Origin: an uncultured Ignavibacteriales bacterium
GTDB taxonomy: Bacteria; Zixibacteria; MSB-5A5; GN15; FEB-12
Reading direction: 5' to 3'
Assembly (NCBI GenBank): GCA_964489705.1
Contig: CAZAZQ010000008.1
Span: 4,416 to 68,415, forward strand
DNA: 64,000 bases
Numbering within the stretch: position 1 is the first letter of the stretch; the number at the start of each line of letters is the position of its first letter. The notes below the pieces were generated by a model. It made no database searches. It saw only the letters and a program-made list of their open reading frames with translations, and had not been told where the DNA came from. Below are positions 56,728 to 64,000 of this stretch, one piece after another. Made by a program: the position numbers and the translations under genes.

Positions 56728-57570
56728 ATGGAAGGCGTGAAAACTAACATCGATCGTTTGTTGGATCTTCCCTCGATTCCCGTTGTTATTCAAAAGCTGC
56801 AGGAGCTCATTGCCAAGACGGATGTCAGCAGTCACGAAGTCGCCAAGGTGGTGGAGGCGGATCCTCCCTTTGTGGCTCGTTTGTTGAAAGTGGTTAACTC
56901 TCCTTTTTACGGGTTTCGCCGCAAAATCGCCTCGGTGGAAGAAGCGGTGACTATTTTAGGCTTGAATGCCGTTCATCAATTGTTGTTGGCGACTTCGTTG
57001 GTGTCGACGTTCGGAACCAACCAGCGGGCGGTCAATGTCAGCGACTTTTGGCAGCATTCCTTCGGGGTGGGGGCGATTGCCAAACGGCTGTTGTATCGAG
57101 CCAGCAACGATACCCAAAGTGAAGTGTTTGTCTGCGGCATCCTCCATGACATCGGCAGATTGGTTTTTGCCCGCAACGAGCCGGACAAGTTTTGCGCCAT
57201 CTACTGCGACCGCGAACAGGTCACCGATTTGACGGAGGAAGAAGAGTTTTTCGGTATCGACCATCAAAAGTTAGGGGAACGGTTGGCGCAAAAATGGAAC
57301 TTCCCGGAAAGCGTGATTACGGCGATTGCCAATCACCATACGCCGATGGAAACTCCGGAGTCGTATCGAAAATTGACTTCAGCTGTCCATATTGCCGACT
57401 TGCTCACTCATGCCTTGCATATCGGCAACAGCGGCATCGAGTATGTTGTGATGTTCTCTCCGGAAGCCTGGCACCTCCTGGAGCTGAGCCTGACGGAACT
57501 GGAGGAGACCCTCCGAGCCTCGCTGAAAGATATCGAGCAGGTGAAAAAGATGCTTAATGACATCGGGTAG
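56728..57570 (+). CDS. HDOD domain protein
   Basis: LPSIPVVIQKLQELI...VAKVVEADPPFVARLLKVVNSPFYG and ...GILHDIGRLV are typical HDOD motifs. Confidence 0.85.
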   Translation: MEGVKTNIDRLLDLPSIPVVIQKLQELIAKTDVSSHEVAKVVEADPPFVARLLKVVNSPFYGFRRKIASVEEAVTILGLNAVHQLLLATSLVSTFGTNQRAVNVSDFWQHSFGVGAIAKRLLYRASNDTQSEVFVCGILHDIGRLVFARNEPDKFCAIYCDREQVTDLTEEEEFFGIDHQKLGERLAQKWNFPESVITAIANHHTPMETPESYRKLTSAVHIADLLTHALHIGNSGIEYVVMFSPEAWHLLELSLTELEETLRASLKDIEQVKKMLNDIG

Positions 57571-57903
57571 CCGTTCCGGCTGCCGTTGGATGGTGATATG
57601 CTCACGGGAGGAACTCCGCTTTTCGAGGAGTTCCTTCCATCCCTTTCAATCCGGACTTATTCTACCCATATCCCCCCTCCCCCCCAAAGAAAAAACATAC
57701 TCCTTTGAAGGAGAAGCACTTCGTTCTTGGAGCACTATCTTCAGGCGGGAATTCGGGATCCCGACTTCGGAAAAAGGACGGTTCCAGAACAAAGGGGAAC
57801 AATAAACGCTTGATTAATCTCCCGGGTTTGGGTATATTTTGGCATAGTTAACTGCGCACATGTCACGTCGTATACATGTCGTGTTTATCCTAAGGGAGGA
57901 ATC

Positions 57904-59163
57904 ATGTTCAGAAAAGTATTTTCTCTTTTCGTGACGATGGCGATTTCTGCGTCGGGGTGGGGTGCGGTTATTCATGTCCCCGACGACTCCGTCACGATCC
58001 AAGCAGGGATTAGCGGTGCTCAAGACGGCGATACCGTTCTGGTGGCGAGCGGCACCTACACCGGCTTCGGCAATCGTGCCATTAACCTTCTCGGCAAGCG
58101 GATTCTGGTGCTTTCGGACAGCGGAGCGGAAATGACTACTATCGATTTGTCGGGAACTATCGGGGCACCAGGGTTTACCTTATCAAGTGGTGAAGATTCG
58201 CTCTCCGTTATCGATGGCTTTACCATAACCGGAGCAGTCGACACCACCTATACGTTTGGTGCGGTTGTGTGCAACGGAGCTTCCCCCACTTTTCGGAATT
58301 GCATTATCACCGAAAACGACTGTATCGGGTTTTACGGGTATCAATCATCGGCAATCCTTGAAAATTGTGTGATTTCAAACAACAGCCAATCGGGGATTTA
58401 TTCCTTTCACGGTACTCCGCTTCGCCTTCGCAACTGCGTGATTTCCGACAACGGCTATACCGGGGTTTCTATCGCTTGGGGCAGCAGTGGCTTGGAGATG
58501 GTGAATTGTCTGGTGAAAGACAATGCCGAACAAGGGCTGGCGATATATACGATGATAGAAAACTATTTCGTCGCCAACAATACGTTTGTCGGCAACCGCA
58601 TCGGGATGGAATTCTGGTTTGTCTACCCGAAAAGAACTTTGAGAGAGCCTGCTTTTGACAGTGTTGCGATAATGAACAATATCTTCGCCTACAATACTGA
58701 CCGGGGGTTAGAAACAGACATTTCTTTCGATATCGCTGCCATTGTCCGCTGTAACGACTCCTACGGCAATCCCGGCGGAAATTATATCCACGGCACCCTC
58801 GATACGAATATTTGCTTTGGGAATATCTCCTTGCCGCCGCTCTTCTGCAACAGGGAGGAAGGTGATTTCCATATCGCCGAGGAGTCACCTTGTGCCCCCC
58901 CGAACAATTCCTGCGGCGTTTTGATGGGAGCCTTCGAGGTCGGATGTACCTGCTGTGTCGTGCGGGGGGATGTCGATCGGGATTTTGCCGTGACGATTGG
59001 CGACGTGACATACTTGGTGAACTACTTCTTCAAAGGCGGGCCGCCGCCGCCCTGCCCCCCGGAAGCTGACGTTGACGCTTCCGGCGTTGTCAACGTAGCC
59101 GACTTGACCTACTTGGTGGACTATCTGTTCGGAGGCGGTCCTTCCCCCTTCCCGTGCCCGTAG
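57904..59163 (+). CDS. Secreted right-handed parallel beta-helix protein with a C-terminal dockerin-like double repeat
   Basis: GGGAGGA lies upstream of the ATG, and a signal peptide is present. Repeated NCxI..N beta-helix turns are visible. The C-terminus has GDVDRDFAVTIGDVTYLVNYFFKGG and ADVDASGVVNVADLTYLVDYLFGGG. Confidence 0.8.
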   Translation: MFRKVFSLFVTMAISASGWGAVIHVPDDSVTIQAGISGAQDGDTVLVASGTYTGFGNRAINLLGKRILVLSDSGAEMTTIDLSGTIGAPGFTLSSGEDSLSVIDGFTITGAVDTTYTFGAVVCNGASPTFRNCIITENDCIGFYGYQSSAILENCVISNNSQSGIYSFHGTPLRLRNCVISDNGYTGVSIAWGSSGLEMVNCLVKDNAEQGLAIYTMIENYFVANNTFVGNRIGMEFWFVYPKRTLREPAFDSVAIMNNIFAYNTDRGLETDISFDIAAIVRCNDSYGNPGGNYIHGTLDTNICFGNISLPPLFCNREEGDFHIAEESPCAPPNNSCGVLMGAFEVGCTCCVVRGDVDRDFAVTIGDVTYLVNYFFKGGPPPPCPPEADVDASGVVNVADLTYLVDYLFGGGPSPFPCP

Positions 59164-59197
59164 TGGTAAAGCAAAAGTGTGCCGTTTGATAATAGCT

Positions 59198-59235
59198 CCT
59201 CTCTCTCGAAAAGGGAGAGAGGGGTTCTTATTTTA
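59198..59235. terminator. Hairpin terminator between convergent genes
   Basis: CCTCTCTC-N9-GAGAGAGG has an 8-bp stem and is followed by GGTTCTTATTTT. Confidence 0.5.
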
Positions 59236-59763
59236 GCTGAAAGGAACCGGCTCGCCGCGAATTTTTTTGCGAAAAGCGCCGATCTCTTGTCCGGCTAAGT
59301 CATCGACTATGTCGGTCACCCAAACTTTCGTCACTCGTTGGTCACGGTCGACTTGAAGAATGACCTGTTCCGCCAGGTAGTAGCTCTGCACCTCGTCGGC
59401 TTCGGTGAAGGAGAGACAGAGGATAGTTTGTTTGGAGGTGGTCAGCAGATTCGGGGTGGTGATGTCTTCCCGAAAGTTGAGCCAGCGGATATCCGCCGCT
59501 TCGACGATTTCCGGCGGCTGAAGCCGGGGAACCACCTGCCAACGGCGGCGGGGGACGTTTACTTCGATGAAAATGAGCCGTCCTTCCTTGTCGAAGTCCA
59601 GGCGCAGGTGAGGAGATTCCAAGTAGGAAAAGAAACGCCGCTCTTTTGAAAAAGGTCCCACTTGAACGTACAGAGCGTCCTCTTCAAGCTGGTAAAAACC
59701 CCGACCGGGCTGGATGGGCTCGGTCGGGGTGGAAACTCGCACCTTCAATACGTCGAGAGCCAT
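59233..59763 (-). CDS. Hypothetical protein (weakly DUF2283-like), last gene of the pal-ybgF unit
   Basis: It starts 5 nt after the ybgF stop. The pattern FYQLEEDALYVQV...DKEGRLIFIEV resembles DUF2283, but the similarity is weak. Confidence 0.5.
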   Translation of the reverse strand: MALDVLKVRVSTPTEPIQPGRGFYQLEEDALYVQVGPFSKERRFFSYLESPHLRLDFDKEGRLIFIEVNVPRRRWQVVPRLQPPEIVEAADIRWLNFREDITTPNLLTTSKQTILCLSFTEADEVQSYYLAEQVILQVDRDQRVTKVWVTDIVDDLAGQEIGAFRKKIRGEPVPFS

Positions 59764-59768
59764 GACGG

Positions 59769-60548
59769 TTACTTGAGTTCTTTGAGCCGATCTTTTGCTT
59801 GTTCCGCTTCCAACGTTTCGGGGTATTCGTCAATCAGCTTCTTGAAAATGTCTTTGGCTTTCTTAATCTTTCCGAGTTCCTGTTGGGAGCGACCCAACTT
59901 ATACAAGGCGCTGCTCGCCTTGGGGGAAGAAGGGAAATGGGCGACGAGGTAATCAAACTGGTCGATGGCTTGGTTGTACTTTTCCAGCGAGTAGTAGCAT
60001 TCGCCCATCCAGTAGTAGGCATCTTCCACCGAGGTGTGTTTGGGGCAGAGTTCGAAATACCGTTGGAAACTTTCGATGGCTTTTTCGTAGTCGGTCTGTC
60101 GGGTCAGGATGAACGCTGCATCGTAGAGGGAGTCGCAGTCAACGGCGGGGGCTTCTTGCGGAGGTTCTCCCGCGGGAGGAGTAGCCGGTTGCGCCCCAGG
60201 CGAACTCTTGATGACTTCTACGTATGCCGGTTGTTGCGCCAGCTTGTCGATGCGTTGGAGCAGGTCGTTGTAATTCTCAAGCAAAACGTCAATTTGCTTT
60301 TGCAGATCCGCCATCGTCATCGACATGTCGTTGCGCAGCCGTTTGTTGGCTTCCATGTCCTCCGTCAGGAGGGAATCGATCCGGTTCACCTTTTGTCGAG
60401 TGGCTTGATTTTGACGGTCGAGGTCGGTCAACTGCGCTTTGACTTCGTCAATCATCCGAGGCGTACAACACCCCGATAGGAAAGAACTCATAGACAAAAC
60501 CGCCATGATGAAAATGGCGGTTAAGATGGGTAATTTTTGGGTCGACAT
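59769..60548 (-). CDS. cpoB: Tol-Pal system protein YbgF/CpoB (coiled coil plus TPR)
   Basis: The ATG at 60548 has an upstream GGGGGA. The signal or lipobox ends in FLSGC. A coiled coil is followed by a TPR block (AYYWMGECYYSLEKYNQAIDQF...SPKASSALYKLG). Confidence 0.75.
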   Translation of the reverse strand: MSTQKLPILTAIFIMAVLSMSSFLSGCCTPRMIDEVKAQLTDLDRQNQATRQKVNRIDSLLTEDMEANKRLRNDMSMTMADLQKQIDVLLENYNDLLQRIDKLAQQPAYVEVIKSSPGAQPATPPAGEPPQEAPAVDCDSLYDAAFILTRQTDYEKAIESFQRYFELCPKHTSVEDAYYWMGECYYSLEKYNQAIDQFDYLVAHFPSSPKASSALYKLGRSQQELGKIKKAKDIFKKLIDEYPETLEAEQAKDRLKELK

Positions 60549-60572
60549 GGGTTCCCCCACCAATTAGGGTGT

Positions 60573-61094
60573 TTATTGGGAGATTACCTTGAATTCCGCA
60601 CGACGATTTTTTGCCCAGGCTTCTTCGTTGTGACGGGGATCGACCGGCCGTTCTTTCCCGTAACTGATAATCGTAATCCGGTTCGGGGAGATGCCTAAGC
60701 CGATAAGATAATCCCGCGCCGCTTTCGCGCGCTTTTCTCCTAAGGACAGGTTGTACTCGACCGTTCCCCGTTCGTCGCAGTGCCCTTCAATCTTGATGAT
60801 AGCGTTGGGGAATTTCTTCAGCAGTTCGTAGTTGGCGTCAAGGGCGGCTTTGGCGTCCGGGCGCAAGTTGTACTTGTCGAAATCGAAGTACACCGTCTTG
60901 AACTGAGATTCTTTCAGTTGAGGCGGTGGTGGAGGGGGTTCTTCTTTGACGACCGGGGTGGTATCAACCGGAGGAGGAGGGGGGGTTGTATCGATGACCG
61001 GGACTTCTTCCGCTACTTTTTTCTTCCCGCACGAAATGCCGGCAAGAGAAAAAGCGACCACACCAATGATAAGAAGGAAAAAGAGTTTCTTCAT
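60573..61094 (-). CDS. pal: Peptidoglycan-associated lipoprotein Pal (OmpA-like domain)
   Basis: GGAGG lies upstream of the ATG. A lipoprotein signal and a Pro-rich linker are present. The OmpA_C motifs are VYFDFDKYNLRPDA, GHCDERGTVEYNLSLGEKRA and NRRAEF. Confidence 0.9.
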   Translation of the reverse strand: MKKLFFLLIIGVVAFSLAGISCGKKKVAEEVPVIDTTPPPPPVDTTPVVKEEPPPPPPQLKESQFKTVYFDFDKYNLRPDAKAALDANYELLKKFPNAIIKIEGHCDERGTVEYNLSLGEKRAKAARDYLIGLGISPNRITIISYGKERPVDPRHNEEAWAKNRRAEFKVISQ

Positions 61095-61153
61095 ATGCTT
61101 TATAACCTCCGCTCAGGGAAATTGACTTTCATTTCTTTTCTTTCGTGTTTACC

Positions 61154-61182
61154 AATCTAATCGATACCCCCATAGGGGTCAA
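61154..61182 (-). promoter_or_regulatory. Putative sigma-70 promoter of pal
   Basis: The reverse strand reads TTGACC, a 17-nt spacer, then TAGATT. The spacer contains the palindrome ACCCC-TATG-GGGGT. Confidence 0.4.
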
Positions 61183-61694
61183 TATAAAAAAGAGATTTTT
61201 CTCCCATCGTTGTCGTTTATACACCGCTCCGGTGACTTTGGTTACATTTCAAAGACCGACAAGAGAACATTTTCGTTCAATAGTGTCCTATCTCAAGAGA
61301 AGAAAAACATAGGCAGGGGAAAATGACTTTTTCATGACGCATCATAAGGTTGGGAATACTTGACGTTTTTCTTAATAGCTGGAACAGTTTGGGTTCTTTG
61401 TTGTCACGGATAATTAGGTGAAAGTGTTCTCGTCGTCTCCCGTATCGGGTGTTCCGGTTGTCCTCCGTCTGCCGTACTCAAACGCAGAGAATGTGCTCCA
61501 TGAATATGTCGGAGAGCAAAAAAAACCGATTTTTTTTCCGGCTTTTTGCGGATTTCTTCTTTACAAGCGGAATTTTTTTCTTATTTTGAGAAAAATATGC
61601 AGGGGTGTGGTGTGCCTCACGAGCATTCCGTGTAACTAATTGCCAATCAAGCAGGTGGAAAACGGAAGATTTTTCCGAAATGGGAACTTTTTTA

Positions 61695-61723
61695 TTGACA
61701 ACCGATTGTTGAAGGTATAGAAT
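61695..61723 (+). promoter_or_regulatory. Near-consensus sigma-70 promoter inside the 1-kb non-coding region
   Basis: TTGACA (61695-61700), a 17-nt spacer, then TAGAAT (61718-61723). The direct repeat GGTATAGAA occurs at 61714 and 61731. Confidence 0.5.
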
Positions 61724-62062
61724 CACTCTCGGTATAGAAATAGGCGGGAAACAGGACAGAATTTCACTAAGTAAAATTGCTCAGTTTTCCGACAATGTGA
61801 GTGGTCGTGCCTCGAAAATGAGCACAATCAAATAATTACTTGCGGCAGCGCAGCTTAGGCGGCGCAGGATGATTGGGTAGGATATGGATGTTCAATTTGT
61901 CACCACGTTACCGCGGACGAGAATCTCTTTTCGGAATTGTTCTTACATCTTTTCTCTCCTCAGGCACGGTCGGTTGACGGCAACCGCTGATGTACCAAAG
62001 CCTTACCGTTCTATGCCTTTTCCGATCATGGACTTAATTCGCCACGGGATAGAATGCCTTCT

Positions 62063-62078
62063 TGGCATCTCTCTTGCA
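62063..62078 (+). promoter_or_regulatory. Sigma-54 promoter upstream of the PorV-like gene
   Basis: TGGCAT-CTCTC-TTGCA has exact GG-N10-GC spacing and an almost full consensus. It lies about 40 nt upstream of the ATG at 62119. Confidence 0.55.
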
Positions 62079-62118
62079 TTCTCTAAAGGTGAACCCATTG
62101 ATTGGAAAAGAGGGAACT

Positions 62119-63057
62119 ATGAGGCATAAGACACTCAATCGTATCATTCTGGGGTGGATACTCCTGGTCATCTTCGTGGCGTTGTTTGGAAAGGTTTCGT
62201 TGGCGGCTTCCGATGCCGGTCGGACGGCGGCTGATTTCTTGCTCATCGGGTTGGGTGCGAAAGCGTCGGCGATGGGAAATGCGTATACGGCGGTTTCGAA
62301 TGATGCTCTGGCTTCCTATTGGAATCCGGCAGGCTTGGCGGAAATCGAAGGGGGCGAAGTCGCCTTGGGACATTTCTCCTGGCTGCAGGATATTACCCTC
62401 GAGCATGGCTCGGTGGCGTACCAGGTGTCGGAAAAGGCGACCCTCGGCTTTTCCGTCACGTATCTCAATTACGGCGACATCGAAGGGTATGACGACAACG
62501 GTCCGACCGGCGAGCTGAGCGCCTACGATTTTTGCAGCGCCGTCTCGGTGGGCGTCAAAACCGGTTATAACCTCTCCTTCGGTTTTACCGGCAAGGTCAT
62601 CAATCAAAAGTTGGACGATCTCAGCGCCACAGCGTTTGCCGTCGACGTGGGGGCGAAATACCGCGCCCAGCTTTTTCAGGTGGCGGCGGTGCTTGCCAAC
62701 GTCGGCGCCGATATGGGCTTTGAAGGTATTAAAGAACGATTGCCGATGGTGGCGCGTTTCGGGGTGGTCTTTTTCCCCTTTGACGAACGGTTGACCGCTT
62801 CGTTTGAGATTGACAAGAATATCTACGGAGGGACGGTGTATCGGAACGGGTATGAGTTCAATTTCTCCGAGCAATATTTCTTGCGCACCGGTTACAGCTT
62901 TTATCCGTCCCAGAATCGTAGCTTGGGGCAAGGCGTTTCTTTCGGCGGCGGGATTCGCCTCTCGTGGGGAGAAATCAACTATGCCTTCACCCCTAAAGAA
63001 CAGTATTCCTCCGAGACGCTGCATCGCCTCTCGGTGATTTTCGCATTCGGTAAGTAA
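62119..63057 (+). CDS. PorV/PorQ-family outer-membrane beta-barrel protein
   Basis: AGAGGGA lies upstream of the ATG at 62119, and a signal peptide is present. The N-terminal motif is AADFLLIGLGAKASAMGNAYTAVSNDALASYWNPAGLA. The C-terminus is an aromatic beta-strand. Confidence 0.7.
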   Translation: MRHKTLNRIILGWILLVIFVALFGKVSLAASDAGRTAADFLLIGLGAKASAMGNAYTAVSNDALASYWNPAGLAEIEGGEVALGHFSWLQDITLEHGSVAYQVSEKATLGFSVTYLNYGDIEGYDDNGPTGELSAYDFCSAVSVGVKTGYNLSFGFTGKVINQKLDDLSATAFAVDVGAKYRAQLFQVAAVLANVGADMGFEGIKERLPMVARFGVVFFPFDERLTASFEIDKNIYGGTVYRNGYEFNFSEQYFLRTGYSFYPSQNRSLGQGVSFGGGIRLSWGEINYAFTPKEQYSSETLHRLSVIFAFGK

Positions 63058-63114
63058 CTTGTGTTTCTCCGGCTTGGGAGGTAGTGTCCTCTTTTCCCGA
63101 GCCCGATAAAAGAT

Positions 63115-63168
63115 GACCTCGGCATGACCGTCACTGGCGGTGCCGGGGTCTTTTTTTTGTTTTTTTTT
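63115..63168 (+). terminator. Rho-independent terminator of the PorV-like gene
   Basis: GACCTCGGCA-N16-TGCCGGGGTC has a 10-bp stem with one G-U pair. It is followed by T8-G-T9. Confidence 0.75.
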
Positions 63169-63510
63169 CGAATTATTTCACCGTGTGAAAACGGGACATT
63201 CAAGAAAACCTTGAAAAAATGGGGTTTTTGGGGGAAGAAAGTCTGTTTTTCCGCTTTCAGCAAGGGAAAACAGGCTTTTCATTCGGTGAAAAAGACCGTT
63301 TTTTTCTCCTTTTTCAGACATATTTACGCAACCGCTTGCAACTATTCTGTACATGAAGGTACTCATTTACAGCCGAGTATCGGATTTTTCCCATTAGGGT
63401 AATTTCTCTAAGCGCGAAAGCCGGGCTTTGGCTCTGTAACAGATTGACTTTCAATGTGTTGGCGGCGCTATATAGATAAATATATCTATTTAATCCACAT
63501 AAAACCTTTT

Positions 63511-63526
63511 TGGCAACGCATTTGCT
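63511..63526 (+). promoter_or_regulatory. Sigma-54 promoter upstream of the sugar transferase gene
   Basis: TGGCAA-CGCAT-TTGCT has exact GG-N10-GC spacing. It lies about 50 nt upstream of the GTG at 63578. Confidence 0.5.
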
Positions 63527-63577
63527 AAGCATTGGGTTAATAAGTCAACAGACTGCTGTATTTTTGGGAGAAATTAA

Positions 63578-64000
63578 GTGAAGAACAACATCACCAATCG
63601 AGCGAACTTCACGAGTGAAAATGCCGCTGCGGTGTCGGCTCGGCAGTTTACGTACGGCATCGCCACACCGGCTGAAGTTTCCGCTCCGTCTCCTTCTACA
63701 GCGGCAACGATCAGTTTTCTCGAGCAACTTCGATATTTCTATTGCGAACATATCCGGGGAATGTTATTCCTTGCAATGTCGTTGGTTTTTATATTCGCGG
63801 TGCCGGTAGCGCTTACGAAGCCGGAGAAATTACGGGCTATGGTTAACAGGTTTGCCAAGCGGTCTCTTGATATCGTCGGGGCGGTGGTCGGGTTACTCTT
63901 GACCTCTCCGCTTTTTATCATCTTGCCCATCTTGATTAAGCTGGACTCCAAGGGACCGGTGTTCTATACCCAGCTTCGCGTCGGCGAGAATCGCCGGAAA
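63578..64000 (+). CDS. Polyprenyl-phosphate sugar transferase (WbaP/bacterial sugar transferase family), 5' part only
   Basis: The frame is open from the GTG at 63578 (GGGAG upstream, TAA stop immediately before) to the window edge. The motif KRSLDIVGAVVGLLLTSPLFIILPILIKLDSKGPVFYTQLRVGENRRK is diagnostic. An alternative ATG lies at 63761. Confidence 0.8.
   Translation, partial: MKNNITNRANFTSENAAAVSARQFTYGIATPAEVSAPSPSTAATISFLEQLRYFYCEHIRGMLFLAMSLVFIFAVPVALTKPEKLRAMVNRFAKRSLDIVGAVVGLLLTSPLFIILPILIKLDSKGPVFYTQLRVGENRRK

Noticed and set aside
56526-56747. A 73-aa ORF (or 59 aa from the ATG at 56568) between the third receiver gene and the HDOD gene.
   Set aside because: It is not so much rejected as unresolved. 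It has no domain, a weak RBS, and overlaps the HDOD start. It is too uncertain to list as a feature.
57838-57856. A sigma-54-like TGGCAT-AGTTAA-CTGC upstream of the dockerin protein gene.
   Set aside because: GG and GC are separated by 11 nt rather than 10, and the -12 element is CTGC. It is likely a chance match.
63225-63245. GGGGGAAGAAAGTCTG, which resembles the RNase P RNA GGAGGAAAGTCCGGGC box.
   Set aside because: Only a partial motif is present, and no surrounding P4 or other conserved helices are recognisable.

Overview
This 64-kb window looks like chromosomal DNA from a Gram-negative bacterium that uses sigma-54. It carries Sec, Tol-Pal, TolC, PorV-like and PilT genes, and most genes have GGAGG-type ribosome-binding sites. 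It is probably an uncultured lineage, and the taxon cannot be fixed from sequence alone. I support about 56 protein genes, one tRNA-Pro(UGG), several terminators and promoters, and a family of modular hairpin repeats. Housekeeping genes are rplU (5' fragment), rarA, ptsI, a PGI/PMI-type isomerase, secDF, an M16 peptidase, purL, rlmN, archease-rtcB, fur and pal-ybgF. Accessory or regulatory blocks are as follows. (i) 2.2-12.6 kb holds an OMP, an orphan DPPY DNA methylase with a LeuD-like swivel protein, a MerR with the Hg-type Cys triad plus a small thioredoxin-like protein, TauE, a cytidylate-kinase-like membrane protein, and an unknown gene followed by a PEP-synthase-like dikinase. This block is interrupted and bracketed by hairpin repeats and contains a perfect 2 x 194 bp tandem duplication. 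(ii) 14.0-16.0 kb is a low-GC two-gene island encoding an ABC/OLD-type ATPase and a DUF4276 (Toprim-like) protein. This is my best candidate for an uncharacterised defence system. (iii) 29.3-39.8 kb holds a TolC-YHS-CusB-CusA metal efflux operon next to a sigma-54 two-component system. (iv) pilT is translationally coupled to an MshEN/DUF4388 protein. (v) 51.8-57.6 kb holds a PAS histidine kinase, three paralogous receiver proteins (one HD-GYP) and an HDOD protein. (vi) 57.9-64 kb is a cell-envelope region with a dockerin-bearing beta-helix protein, a PorV-like gene and a sugar transferase. The last two are preceded by good GG-N10-GC sigma-54 promoters and unusually long non-coding stretches. 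No CRISPR array, rRNA, transposase or integrase was seen. All function calls rest on motif recognition by eye, because no database search was possible.
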